Source: Ilumatobacteraceae bacterium (GTDB taxonomy: Bacteria; Actinomycetota; Acidimicrobiia; Acidimicrobiales; Ilumatobacteraceae). Taken from it: a stretch of 64,000 nucleotides of DNA. Positions 21,634 through 34,213 of the stretch are shown here, in pieces (position 1 is the stretch's first letter; each line of letters opens with the position of its first letter). Where the stretch lies: contig JBEVOM010000150.1 in assembly GCA_040507575.1 (NCBI GenBank), positions 472 through 64,471 of the forward strand. Direction: 5' to 3'. Under the pieces are notes generated by a model. That model was not told where the DNA came from. It made no database searches and was given only the letters and a program-made list of their open reading frames with translations. The position numbers and the translations under genes are program-made.

Positions 21634-23320
21634 AGCTACCGGCGGTCGGGGTGGTCGTGGCGGTCGGGGGTGGGGCGATCCGGTGGGCGACGAGGATGCC
21701 CTGCTCGTCGCTGACCACCTCGAACTCGCCGTCCGACAACAGCAGGTCGACCAGTTGCTCCTCGCGCGACCCCGCGCTGTGGGTGGTCGTGTCGAGCACC
21801 AGCCACTCGACCTCGTCGGGCGTGTGGTCGCTGTCGGGGTCGTGGGGGGCGACGCCGGCGACACCCCAGTTCGCCGGGATCCACGGGTTCGGGAACGTGT
21901 AGATGAGATCGCGGTGGCTCATGTGCGGGACGATGTAGTACGTCGCCGACACCGCGGCATCGGCGGGCACCGACTCGACGGCGGCGTCGAGCACGGACTG
22001 GCGGGCGTTGCCGGCCAGCGGCCAGTACCCGCTGCGGTACTGCGTGCTGATCGGCGAGATGCCCCAGGCGACCGACGTCGCAAGCGCCGACGCCGCGACG
22101 AGACCGACGGCGAAGCGACGCAGCCCGTCGCGCCGGAGGCGGACCACGCCCTCGACGGTGGCGAGGGCGAGGGCGACCAGGATGATCGCCGTGTAGTGGT
22201 AGCGGATGTCGTAGAAGAAGCTGGCGTTGGTGAGGCTGTTGGCGAAGAACTGGGGCACGCCGATGAGGAGGAGCGCCGGTGCCAGCAGCGGCACGAACCC
22301 GAACGGCGCCAACATGTCCCGGGCGTAGCCGAGCGCGTCGTTGTCGCGCAGCCGGCCGAGCACGAGTCCGGGGTCGGTCACGGCGGTGCGGGCGATGTCC
22401 GTCGGCGAGGTGCCGAGCTCGCCGTAGAAGATCCCGGCCTGGTTCGTGCCGCCGTTGAAGTGCGGCATCACGACCCCATACGCGAGCGCGAACCACACGA
22501 GCCCGACGGCCAGCGTGGCCAGGCCGATCCGGCGTCGACCGGTCAGCGCGAACACGATGCCGAGGACGGCGACGGCGATCGAGATGTCCTCCTTCCAGGA
22601 CAGCGCGATGACGAGGAACACCCAGTACCACCGCCATCGCTCCTTCGCCGCGCACAGGTATGCGGCGAGCAGGAACGGGATGGCCATCGTCTCGGGGTGC
22701 CAGGCCTCCCAGCACAGCCACTGCACGGACGGGTTGAGGAGCCAGGCCACGCCGAGCGCCAGCGCCAGCCACGGGTTGGCCAGACGGTGACGGGCGAGGA
22801 GGTAGATCGGGACCGCGGCGACGGCGAGCGCGGCCGTCTGCAGCAGGTCGAGCAGCTGGGGGCCGCCACCCAGCCAGTAGAGCGGCACGACGGCGAAGTA
22901 CGCCAACGTCACGTGGTGCCCGAGGACCGGCATGCCGCTGACGGTGATGAACCCCTTGCCGTGGGCGAGCAGCCAGATCGCCTGGTCGTGGTGGCCGAGG
23001 TCGAAGTCGAACGTCGCGAAGTGGGCGTGGCGGTTCCAGATCAGGCGCCCGAACACGACGATCCACACGACGATCGCCGAGCCGAGGATGACCGCCGTCG
23101 GCTCGGCGCGCACGCGCTCGAGCACCGTCGCGCCCCGCGGCGGCGCGGCGGACGGGCCATCGGCATCGAGCCCGGCATCGGCATCGAGCCCGGCGGCGCC
23201 ATCGAGCGCCTCGAGCCCGTCGGAGGACTGTTCCGCGGGGCCGTCGGGACCCGAAGGTCGGTCCGTCGTCGTGCCGGCGCCGGCGACGCTGGATCGGGGT
23301 GCGTCCGCGCCAGGCACCAT
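21632..23320 (-). CDS. DUF2079-like polytopic membrane protein
   Basis: 562 aa with many hydrophobic helices, the FDFDLGHHDQAIW motif I associate with DUF2079, and a C-terminal soluble domain. Confidence 0.8.
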   Translation of the reverse strand: MVPGADAPRSSVAGAGTTTDRPSGPDGPAEQSSDGLEALDGAAGLDADAGLDADGPSAAPPRGATVLERVRAEPTAVILGSAIVVWIVVFGRLIWNRHAHFATFDFDLGHHDQAIWLLAHGKGFITVSGMPVLGHHVTLAYFAVVPLYWLGGGPQLLDLLQTAALAVAAVPIYLLARHRLANPWLALALGVAWLLNPSVQWLCWEAWHPETMAIPFLLAAYLCAAKERWRWYWVFLVIALSWKEDISIAVAVLGIVFALTGRRRIGLATLAVGLVWFALAYGVVMPHFNGGTNQAGIFYGELGTSPTDIARTAVTDPGLVLGRLRDNDALGYARDMLAPFGFVPLLAPALLLIGVPQFFANSLTNASFFYDIRYHYTAIILVALALATVEGVVRLRRDGLRRFAVGLVAASALATSVAWGISPISTQYRSGYWPLAGNARQSVLDAAVESVPADAAVSATYYIVPHMSHRDLIYTFPNPWIPANWGVAGVAPHDPDSDHTPDEVEWLVLDTTTHSAGSREEQLVDLLLSDGEFEVVSDEQGILVAHRIAPPPTATTTPTAGS

Positions 23321-23401
23321 CGGGCCAGGAGGCTAACCGGACCCGGTCCCACCGCACCTGGCGGGTCGCGATGGTAAGGTCGCCGACGACCGTGAAGCGG
23401 G

Positions 23402-23426
23402 TCCCGTGAGGCCCGGACGGGAGGAG
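23402..23426 (+). promoter_or_regulatory. candidate PyrR-binding RNA hairpin overlapping the pyrR Shine-Dalgarno
   Basis: UCCCGU (23402-23407) pairs with ACGGGA (23417-23422). The segment UCCCGUGAGGCC resembles the PyrR binding-loop core UCCAGAGAGGCU. The 3' arm runs into GGGAGGAG, 6 nt before the GTG at 23432. Confidence 0.5.
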
Positions 23427-23431
23427 AAGCC

Positions 23432-24004
23432 GTGGCAGAGAGCGCGTCGCCCGACGAGGCCGAGGGCCCCAAGCGGGTCCTGAGCGCCGATGACGTGAGG
23501 CGGGCGACGACCCGCATGGCCCACGAGATCCTGGAGCGCAATCGAGGGCTCGATGGCGTGGTCCTGCTCGGGGTGCGCTCGGGTGGGGTGTGGCTGGCCC
23601 GGCGACTGGCCGAGGAGATCGGGCGCATCGAGCGACCGGTGCCCGTCGGATCGATCGACGCCTCACTGCACCGCGACGACTTCGGGTTGCGTCCAGTCGT
23701 GCCGGCCGGACGCAGCGACATCCCGGTGGACCTCGACGGCGCCACCGTCGTGCTCGTCGACGACGTGCTGTTCACCGGGCGCACCGTGCGGGCCGCGCTC
23801 GACGCGATCGCCGACTACGGCCGACCCCGCGCCGTGCAGTTGGCCGTGATGGTCGATCGGGGACACCGGGAGCTGCCGATCCGGCCCGACTTCGTGGGGA
23901 AGAACCTGCCGACCAGCCGGGACGAGGACGTGCAGGTCGGCCCGGATGAAGTGGTCATCCTGACGCCCGCGCCGCCGCGCGCCGCGGCCCGGATCGACGC
24001 ATGA
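23432..24004 (+). CDS. pyrR: bifunctional pyrimidine operon regulator / uracil phosphoribosyltransferase PyrR
   Basis: PRPP-binding motif [20 protein letters not shown] and the typical PyrR length. Confidence 0.9.
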   Translation: MAESASPDEAEGPKRVLSADDVRRATTRMAHEILERNRGLDGVVLLGVRSGGVWLARRLAEEIGRIERPVPVGSIDASLHRDDFGLRPVVPAGRSDIPVDLDGATVVLVDDVLFTGRTVRAALDAIADYGRPRAVQLAVMVDRGHRELPIRPDFVGKNLPTSRDEDVQVGPDEVVILTPAPPRAAARIDA

Positions 24005-24924
24005 AGCACCTGCGATCCATCGCCGAGATCGGCCCCGCGGCGGTGATGCGCCTGCTCGATCTGACCGACACGATGGTCGAGGTCAACCAGCGGCCCAACC
24101 CGAAGGTGCCGGCGCTGCGCGGCAAGACGGTGTGCAACCTGTTCTTCGAGGACTCGACCCGCACGCGACTCTCGTTCGAGACGGCAGCCAAGCGGCTGTC
24201 GGCGGACGTCATGACGTTCAGCGTCGGCACGTCCAGCGTCAACAAGGGCGAGAGCCTTCGCGACACGATCGAGACCGTCGCCGCGATGGGGGTGGACGCC
24301 TTCGTGATCCGCCACCGCTCGAGTGGCGTGCCGTGGCAGGTCAGCCGATGGACGACGGCGAGCATCGTGAACGGCGGCGATGGTTGGCACGCCCATCCGA
24401 CCCAGGCCCTGCTCGACGCGTACACGGTCCGCTCGGCGCTGGGTCGCAGCGGCGGGCTCGACGGTCTGCAGGTCGCGATCGTCGGCGATGTCCGCCACAG
24501 TCGGGTCGCCCGCAGCGTGACCGAGATCTTCCGGGTCCTCGGCGCCGATGTGACGCTGGTCGCGCCGGCCACGCTGCTGCCGCCGGTGCCGGCGGCGCCG
24601 GTGACCGACGATCTCGACTCGATCGTGGGCAAGGTCGACGTCCTGTACCTGTTGCGGATGCAACGGGAGCGGATGACCGAGGCGCTCGTCCCCAGCCTCC
24701 GCGAGTACAGCGGACGCTTCGGTCTCACGCCCGAGCGGGCCCACCGTCTACAGGACCACGCGCTGGTGATGCACCCCGGGCCGATGAACCGGGGCGTCGA
24801 GATCCTCGTCGACCCGGCCGAGCTGCCCGGTGCGGTCATCACCCAGCAGGTGACGAACGGCGTCGCCGTGCGGATGGCCGTCTTGTTCGACCTCCTGGGC
24901 AACGAGATGGAGGAGACCCGATGA
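24001..24924 (+). CDS. pyrB: aspartate carbamoyltransferase catalytic subunit
   Basis: [21 protein letters not shown] and HPGPMNRG motifs. ATGA overlap with pyrR. Confidence 0.95.
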   Translation: MKHLRSIAEIGPAAVMRLLDLTDTMVEVNQRPNPKVPALRGKTVCNLFFEDSTRTRLSFETAAKRLSADVMTFSVGTSSVNKGESLRDTIETVAAMGVDAFVIRHRSSGVPWQVSRWTTASIVNGGDGWHAHPTQALLDAYTVRSALGRSGGLDGLQVAIVGDVRHSRVARSVTEIFRVLGADVTLVAPATLLPPVPAAPVTDDLDSIVGKVDVLYLLRMQRERMTEALVPSLREYSGRFGLTPERAHRLQDHALVMHPGPMNRGVEILVDPAELPGAVITQQVTNGVAVRMAVLFDLLGNEMEETR

Positions 24925-26201
24925 GCGTCCTGATCCGCGGGGGGCGGGTGCTCGACGCGAGCAGTGAGCGCGATGCCGACGTCCTGATCGACGGCGATCG
25001 CGTCGCCGTCGTCGGCGACCTGACCCGTCGGTCGGCCGACACCGTGCTCGACGCCACCGGCTGTGTCGTGGCGCCGGGTTTCGTCGACCTCCACACCCAC
25101 TTGCGAGAGCCGGGGCGGGAGGAGGCCGAGACCATCGAGACGGGGTCACGTGCAGCCGCGCTCGGCGGCTACACGGCCGTCGTGGCCATGCCCAACACCG
25201 ACCCGGCCCAGGATGCCCGCGGCGTGGTCGAGTTCGTCCGCGCCCAGGGCGAGGCGGCCGGGCTGTGCGAGGTGCTCCCGGCCGGTTGCATCACGATCGG
25301 CCGGGCCGGCGAGCAGTTGGCCCCGTACGCCGAGCTCGTGGATGCCGGCGTGCGGATCTTCACCGACGACGGCAACGGCGTGCAGGACCCGCTGCTGATG
25401 CGGCGGGCCATGGAGTACTCGCTGGGGCTCGACATGGTCCTTGCCCAGCACTGCGAGGTCAGCCGACTGACCGGAGGAGCGGTGATGCACGAGGGCCAGT
25501 GCTGCAGCGATCTCGGCCTGCCCGGCTGGCCGTCGATCGCCGAGGAGCTGATGGTCCACCGTGACATCGAGCTGGCCCGGCTGACCGGCGCCCGGATCCA
25601 TCTGCTGCACCTGTCGACGGCCCGCAGCGTCGAGCTGGTCCGGGCGGCCAAGTCCGACGGGCTGGCCGTGACGGCCGAGGTCTCGCCCCACCACATCAGC
25701 CTCACCGACGACGCGCTGCGCGGCTACGACGCGGTGTTCAAGGTCAACCCGCCGCTGCGCACCGCGGTCGACATCGCCGCCCTCAAGGCCGGGCTGGCCG
25801 ACGGCACGATCGACGCCATCGCGACCGACCATGCACCGCACCCCGTCGAGGACAAGGAGCGACCGATCGACGACGCCCCGCCGGGGATGCTCGGCCTGGA
25901 GACCGCGCTCGGGGTGGCGCTCGGCGAGCTCGACCTGCCGCTGGCCGACGTGGTCGCTGCGCTGTCGTGGAAACCAGCGGCGATCGCCGATGTCGCCGAC
26001 CGACACGGCACCCCGATCGAGCCCGGGAACCCGGCCAACCTGGTCGTGTTCGACCCGCGGGAGCGCTGGCAGGTGCGGCCGGCGGCACTGGCCAGTCGCA
26101 GCCGGAACACGCCATACGTCGGACGCGACCTCGTCGGCCGGGTCCGCCACACGGTGTTCCGGGGCACCCCGGTCGTGATCGACGGAGCGGCGCAACGATG
26201 A
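24921..26201 (+). CDS. pyrC: dihydroorotase
   Basis: DLHTHLREPG metal-binding motif and ATDHAPH motif. ATGA overlap with pyrB. The upstream part of the 24132..26201 ORF is an out-of-frame shadow of pyrB. Confidence 0.95.
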   Translation: MSVLIRGGRVLDASSERDADVLIDGDRVAVVGDLTRRSADTVLDATGCVVAPGFVDLHTHLREPGREEAETIETGSRAAALGGYTAVVAMPNTDPAQDARGVVEFVRAQGEAAGLCEVLPAGCITIGRAGEQLAPYAELVDAGVRIFTDDGNGVQDPLLMRRAMEYSLGLDMVLAQHCEVSRLTGGAVMHEGQCCSDLGLPGWPSIAEELMVHRDIELARLTGARIHLLHLSTARSVELVRAAKSDGLAVTAEVSPHHISLTDDALRGYDAVFKVNPPLRTAVDIAALKAGLADGTIDAIATDHAPHPVEDKERPIDDAPPGMLGLETALGVALGELDLPLADVVAALSWKPAAIADVADRHGTPIEPGNPANLVVFDPRERWQVRPAALASRSRNTPYVGRDLVGRVRHTVFRGTPVVIDGAAQR

Positions 26202-26234
26202 ATGGACATACAATGGAGCGCATGAACATGCGTC
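26197..26234. promoter_or_regulatory. tandem ARG-box-like operator pair at the pyrC/carA junction
   Basis: GATGAATGGACATACAAT (26197-26214), then a 2-bp spacer, then AGCGCATGAACATGCGTC (26217-26234, containing the perfect palindrome CGCATG-AA-CATGCG). The 13-mer GCATGAACATGCG is identical to one in the argC operator. This is a local AT-rich dip in a ~70% GC genome. Confidence 0.5.
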
Positions 26235-27408
26235 CAGCTGGCGTGCTCGTCCTGGCCGACGGCTCGGTGTTCGACGGCGAGCTGTTCGGCGCCCCGACGC
26301 CGACATCGGGCGAGATCGTCTTCAACACCGCTATGTCGGGCTACCAGGAGATCCTCACCGACCCCAGCTACGCCGGGCAGATCATCACGTTCACCAACCC
26401 GCACATCGGCAACTACGGCGTCAACGCGACGGACTTCGAGTCGAGCCGCCTGTTCTGCCGGGGCGTCGTCGTGCGCGAGGTGTCGCGCCGGTCGAGCAAC
26501 CGGCACGCCCAGGCCGATCTCGACGCGATGCTCGTGCGCTACGGCGTCCCTGGCATCACCGGCATCGACACCCGCCGCCTGACCCGCCTGATCCGCGACA
26601 CCGGCGCCATCCCGGGCGCGTTCGGACCGGCCGACGACACCGACGCGCTGCTCGCGGCGGCTGCTCGTGAGCCCGGGACCGACGGCGTCGACCTGGTGGC
26701 GACCGTGACGACGCCCGTTCCCTACGTCGTGGGCGCCGGCGGCGATCGAGGGTCGGAGTTCAGGATCGTCGCCTACGACTACGGCATCAAGCGCACGATC
26801 CTGCGCAACCTCGCCGGCTTCGGGACGATCGAGGTCGTACCGGCCTCGACGCCCGCCGCCGACGTCGTTGCCCGCGACCCCGACGGCATCTTCCTCTCCA
26901 ACGGGCCCGGCGACCCCGCCGAGGTCGTCGGCGCCACGGAGATCCTCGCCGAACTGCTCGGGACGGGCATCCCGATCTTCGGGATCTGCCTCGGCAACCA
27001 GCTCGTCGGTCGGGCGCTCGGGGGCCAGACCGTGAAGCTCCCGTTCGGGCACCACGGCGCCAACCATCCGGTCAAGGACCTGGCGACCGGGGTCGTCGAG
27101 ATCACCAGCCAGAACCACAACTTCGCCATCGACATCGATTCTCTGACCGGTGTCGCCGACCTCACCCACGTCAACCTGAACGACGGGGTGTGTGAGGGCC
27201 TGGTGGCGCGGGACGCGAACGCGTTCAGCGTCCAACACCACCCGGAGGCCGGACCCGGTCCGCACGACAGCCGATACCTGTTCGACCGGTTCGTCGCCCG
27301 CATGGCGGCGTATCGGAGGCGCGATCCGAACGTGCTGCGTCGGGCGGTCGGCGCACGGGGCGAGCGTGAGCCGACAGGACTGCCCGTGCCGGCGGAGGGG
27401 GTCGCCTG

Positions 27409-27409
<1 letters not shown>
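26228..27409 (+). CDS. carA: carbamoyl-phosphate synthase small (glutaminase) subunit
   Basis: [18 protein letters not shown]-terminus and GICLGNQL catalytic-Cys motif. ATG 26228 preferred (GGAG 9 nt upstream). Alternative in-frame ATGs at 26198, 26213 and 26222. Confidence 0.9.
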
Positions 27410-30705
<3,296 letters not shown>

Positions 30706-30763
30706 GGCGTCGCCTCGTGATCTCCGGTCGTCGGGGATCACGGCGCGGGAGCGGGCGGTCGCG

Positions 30764-31630
30764 GTGACGGTCCAGGTGGGGTCGGTCGAGCTGACCAACC
30801 CGGTGATGACGGCGTCGGGCACGGCCGGCTATGGCACCGAGCTGGCGTCGTACATGGACCTCTCGATGCTCGGGGCCGTCGTCGTGAAGTCGCTCGCCGC
30901 GTACGAATGGGCAGGGAACCCGCCGCCGCGCCTGCACCCGACCGCGAGCGGGATGCTCAACGCGGTCGGTCTGCAAGGCCCCGGCGTCCGGTACTGGCTC
31001 GACCACGTGCTGCCCGACCTCCTCGCCACCGGTGCGACGGTCGTCGCATCGATCTGGGGCCGCTCCGTCGAGGAGTTCGCGGCGGCCGCCGACCTGTTGG
31101 CGGCGGCGCCGGCCGGTGTCGTCGCCGTCGAGGTCAACTTGTCGTGCCCGAACCTCGCCCACGACGGCGCCGGCGCCCGCAACGCGATGTTCGCCCACGA
31201 CGCCGCGCTGTCGGCCGAGGTCATCCGGGCGACCGCCGGATGCCGACGTCCCCGCTGGGCCAAGCTGAGCGCCAACACCGATCGCGTGGTCGACGTCGCG
31301 ATCGCCGTCGCCGATGCCGGCGCCGAGGCCGTCACGTGCATCAACACGCTGCTCGGCCTGGCCTACGACCCGGCGACGCGTCGTCCGGCGCTCGGTGTCG
31401 GTGGCGGCGGGCTCTCCGGCCCGGCCATCCACCCGGTCGCGGTGCGAACCGTCCACGACGTCCATGCTGCGCGGCCCGACCTGGCGATCGTCGGAGTCGG
31501 CGGGGTGGCGTGCGGGTGGGACGCCGCCGAGCTGATGCTGGCCGGCGCGGTGGCCGTCCAGGTGGGCACGGCGACGTTCGCCGACCCGCGGGCGCCGATC
31601 CGGGTGCTCGACGAGCTCTCCCAGCTCTGA
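30764..31630 (+). CDS. pyrD: dihydroorotate dehydrogenase, class 1 type catalytic subunit
   Basis: NPVMTASGTAGYG, NAVGLQGPG and NLSCPN (active-site Cys) motifs. Start is approximate (in-frame GTG at 30764). Confidence 0.85.
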   Translation: MTVQVGSVELTNPVMTASGTAGYGTELASYMDLSMLGAVVVKSLAAYEWAGNPPPRLHPTASGMLNAVGLQGPGVRYWLDHVLPDLLATGATVVASIWGRSVEEFAAAADLLAAAPAGVVAVEVNLSCPNLAHDGAGARNAMFAHDAALSAEVIRATAGCRRPRWAKLSANTDRVVDVAIAVADAGAEAVTCINTLLGLAYDPATRRPALGVGGGGLSGPAIHPVAVRTVHDVHAARPDLAIVGVGGVACGWDAAELMLAGAVAVQVGTATFADPRAPIRVLDELSQL

Positions 31631-31667
31631 GCAGGGGTCCACCTGGTCTGTTGACCTTTCCGGTACC

Positions 31668-31985
31668 GTGACCAGCATGGCTACACCTCCGCAATTGACC
31701 CCCGAGCAGCGTGCCGCGGCACTCGAGAAGGCCGCTGAGGCCCGTGCTGCCCGGGCGGCGATCAAGGGGCGGCTCAAGAACCAGACGATGTCGCTGTCCG
31801 ATGCCCTCTCGTCCGATGACAGCAACGTCGGCAAGCTCAAGGTCGTCTCGTTGCTCGAGTCCCTGCCCGGCGTGGGCAAGGTCAAGGCCCGCAAGGTGAT
31901 GGAGGAGATCGGCATCGCCGACAACCGTCGGGTGCAGGGTCTCGGCAAGCAACAGCGCGAGGCCCTGCTCGACTCGCTCGGGTGA
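31668..31985 (+). CDS. mihF: actinobacterial integration host factor MihF
   Basis: LTPEQRAAALEKAAEARAARA and LLESLPGVGKVKARKVMEEIGI helix-hairpin-helix-like region. Start is GTG 31668 or ATG 31677. Confidence 0.85.
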   Translation: MTSMATPPQLTPEQRAAALEKAAEARAARAAIKGRLKNQTMSLSDALSSDDSNVGKLKVVSLLESLPGVGKVKARKVMEEIGIADNRRVQGLGKQQREALLDSLG

Positions 31986-32554
31986 ACCCGGCGGGCCCGG
32001 GGAACGCACCACTCATCATCGTCGTGTCCGGCCCCGGGGGGGTCGGCAAGGGGACCATCGTCAACGCCCTGGTCGGGCGTGATCCCAGGCTCTGGCTCAG
32101 TCGCAGCTGGACGACGCGCGATCAACGACCGGGCGAGGCGGACACGGCCTACGTCTTCACCACCCGTGACCGCTTCGAGCAGCGGATCGCCGACGGTGGC
32201 TTCCTCGAGTGGACGGACTTCCTCGGGAGCTACTACGGCACGCCGTCGCCCGAGCCCGTCCCGGGGGCCGACGTCGTCCTCGAGATCGAGGTCGACGGTG
32301 CCCAGCAGGTCAAGGCCGTCCACCCGGACGCGCTGTTGATCTTCGTGCTGCCACCGTCGCGAGAGGAACAGGAGCGGCGCCTGCGCGGTCGCGGCGACGC
32401 CACCGACAAGGTCGTCGAGCGACTCCGCAAGGCCGAGGACGAAGAGCCGATCGGTCGAGCCCTCGCCGATCACGTGGTCGTCAACGACGACCTCGAGGAG
32501 ACGATCGCGGAGATGTTGGCGATCATCGACGCCGCCCGGTCCGAGATCACCTGA
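31982..32554 (+). CDS. gmk: guanylate kinase
   Basis: P-loop SGPGGVGKGT, TTRDQRPGE and YYGT motifs. GTGA overlap with mihF. Confidence 0.9.
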   Translation: MNPAGPGNAPLIIVVSGPGGVGKGTIVNALVGRDPRLWLSRSWTTRDQRPGEADTAYVFTTRDRFEQRIADGGFLEWTDFLGSYYGTPSPEPVPGADVVLEIEVDGAQQVKAVHPDALLIFVLPPSREEQERRLRGRGDATDKVVERLRKAEDEEPIGRALADHVVVNDDLEETIAEMLAIIDAARSEIT

Positions 32555-32605
32555 AACCAGGCCCTGCGCCGGTAGCATCGCGCGGCTGGTCCCCAGGCAG
32601 GAGAT

Positions 32606-32932
32606 GTGATGGAGCGCGCGCACGACACGATGATGAACCCACCGATCGAGGAGCTCCTCGGGCGCGTGGATTCGAAGTTCGGGCTGGTCACGTTGGCCGC
32701 CCGGCGGGCCCGGAACATCAACGCCTACTTCAACCAGCTCGGCGACGGGCTCGGCCACATGGTGCCGCCGCAGGTCAGCTCGGTCGCCCGGAAGCCGCTG
32801 AGCATCGGCTTCGAGGAGATCGCCGCCGACAAGATCAAGTGGACCGACGCCCCCCAGGTGCTGGAGGCCCCGGTCGACGGCGACGAGCTCGCCGGCGTCG
32901 AGGGTGGCGGCGACGAGTCGACCGAGTCCTGA
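32606..32932 (+). CDS. rpoZ: DNA-directed RNA polymerase subunit omega
   Basis: PPIEELLGRVDSKFGLVTLAARRARNIN signature. Confidence 0.9.
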   Translation: MMERAHDTMMNPPIEELLGRVDSKFGLVTLAARRARNINAYFNQLGDGLGHMVPPQVSSVARKPLSIGFEEIAADKIKWTDAPQVLEAPVDGDELAGVEGGGDESTES

Positions 32933-32945
32933 CCGGAGCGATCCG

Positions 32946-34133
32946 ATGCTGGACGGGGCGCGCATCGTCCTGGGCGTGACGGGCGGGATCGCCGCCTACA
33001 AGGCCGTCGACGTCTGCCGTCGCCTGGTCGACGCCGGGGCGCACGTCTCGCCGGTGATGACCCGGGGCGCCGAGCGCTTCATCGGGCGCACGACGTTCAG
33101 CGCGCTGGCGAGCGAGCCGGTGCAGACCGAGCTGTGGGACGGCCCGACGCCGATCCCGCACACGCGCCTCGGTCAGCAGGCCGACCTCGTCATCGTCGCG
33201 CCGGCGACGGCCCGGTTGATCGGCGCCTACGCCGCTGGGCTGTCCACCGATCTCCTGACGAACGTCCTCCTCGCGACGAGGGCGCCGGTCCTCGTGTGCC
33301 CGGCGATGCACACCGAGATGTGGGAGCACCCGGCCGTGGTCGACAACCTCGCCGTGCTGCGCCGCCGGGGCGTGCACGTCGTCGAGCCCGGCATCGGTCG
33401 TCTGGCCGGTGGCGACAGCGGTCGCGGCCGGCTGGCGGACCCGGCCGACATCGTGGCCGCGGCCGAGCGGATCCTCGATCCGAGATCGCGCGACCTCGAC
33501 GGGGTCAGCGTGCTCGTCACCGCCGGTGGCACCCGCGAGCCGATCGACGCCGTCCGGGTGATCGCCAACCGCAGCTCGGGCAAGCAGGGTCATGCCATCG
33601 CCGCCGAGGCCGCAGCGCGCGGGGCGGCCGTTGTCCTGGTCACGACCGTCGACCTCCCGGTCCCGGCCGGAGTCACCGTGGAGCGGGTGGAGACCGCCGC
33701 CGAGATGCAGTCGGCCGTCGCGGCGCGTGCCGCAGCCGACGTCATCGTCATGTCGGCCGCCGTGGCCGACTTCCGCCCCAAGGTCGCCGCCGAAGGCAAG
33801 ATCAAGAAGCACGACGGCGTTCCCGAGATCGTGCTCGAGCCGACACCGGACATCCTCGCCGGTCTGGGACGGGCCAAGCGTCCAGGTCAGGTCCTCGTCG
33901 GCTTCGCCGCCGAGACCGACGACCTGCTGGCCAACGCCGGTCAGAAGCTGGCCGCCAAGCGCGTCGACCTGATCGTCGCCAACGACGTGAGCGCGCCAGG
34001 CGTCGGGTTCGGGCACGACACCAACGCCGTCGTCCTGCTGCGCCCCGGCCGCGAGCCGGTCGACATCGACCGGCGCGACAAGCGTGCCGTCGCCCGCGCC
34101 GTCCTCGACGCCGTCGTCGAGATTCGTGCATGA
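32946..34133 (+). CDS. coaBC: bifunctional phosphopantothenoylcysteine decarboxylase / phosphopantothenate-cysteine ligase
   Basis: VTGGIAAYKA flavoprotein N-domain, PAMHTEMW motif and ANRSSGKQG CoaB motif. Confidence 0.9.
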   Translation: MLDGARIVLGVTGGIAAYKAVDVCRRLVDAGAHVSPVMTRGAERFIGRTTFSALASEPVQTELWDGPTPIPHTRLGQQADLVIVAPATARLIGAYAAGLSTDLLTNVLLATRAPVLVCPAMHTEMWEHPAVVDNLAVLRRRGVHVVEPGIGRLAGGDSGRGRLADPADIVAAAERILDPRSRDLDGVSVLVTAGGTREPIDAVRVIANRSSGKQGHAIAAEAAARGAAVVLVTTVDLPVPAGVTVERVETAAEMQSAVAARAAADVIVMSAAVADFRPKVAAEGKIKKHDGVPEIVLEPTPDILAGLGRAKRPGQVLVGFAAETDDLLANAGQKLAAKRVDLIVANDVSAPGVGFGHDTNAVVLLRPGREPVDIDRRDKRAVARAVLDAVVEIRA

Positions 34134-34213
34134 TCTCCTGCGCCCGGGGCACCCCCCAGCCCGATTCGTCCCGCCGACTTCGTCCCACCATCGCCGAGAG
34201 CTAGGAGCACGCC

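Noticed and set aside
24132-24920. N-terminal extensions that make pyrC look like a 689-aa protein. The same pattern occurs for carA (25967..26197), priA (34918..35421), hisG (40296..40733), pheT (45468..45980), rnd (7482..7667) and efp (20253..20504).
   Set aside because: The extensions are out-of-frame overlaps of the upstream gene with Arg/Pro-rich composition. Recognisable protein N-termini and coupled ATGA/GTGA starts occur at the internal positions used in the feature table.
31652-31668. Promoter call for mihF based on TTGACC at 31652-31657.
   Set aside because: No acceptably spaced TANNNT -10 hexamer follows it (the candidate TACCGT is only 7 nt away). Without transcript data the call would be guesswork.
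34134-34213. SAM riboswitch upstream of metK.
   Set aside because: The spacer is only ~80 nt and I could not find the conserved helices or core sequences of the SAM-I or SAM-IV classes. It reads as a plain spacer ending in an AGGAG Shine-Dalgarno.
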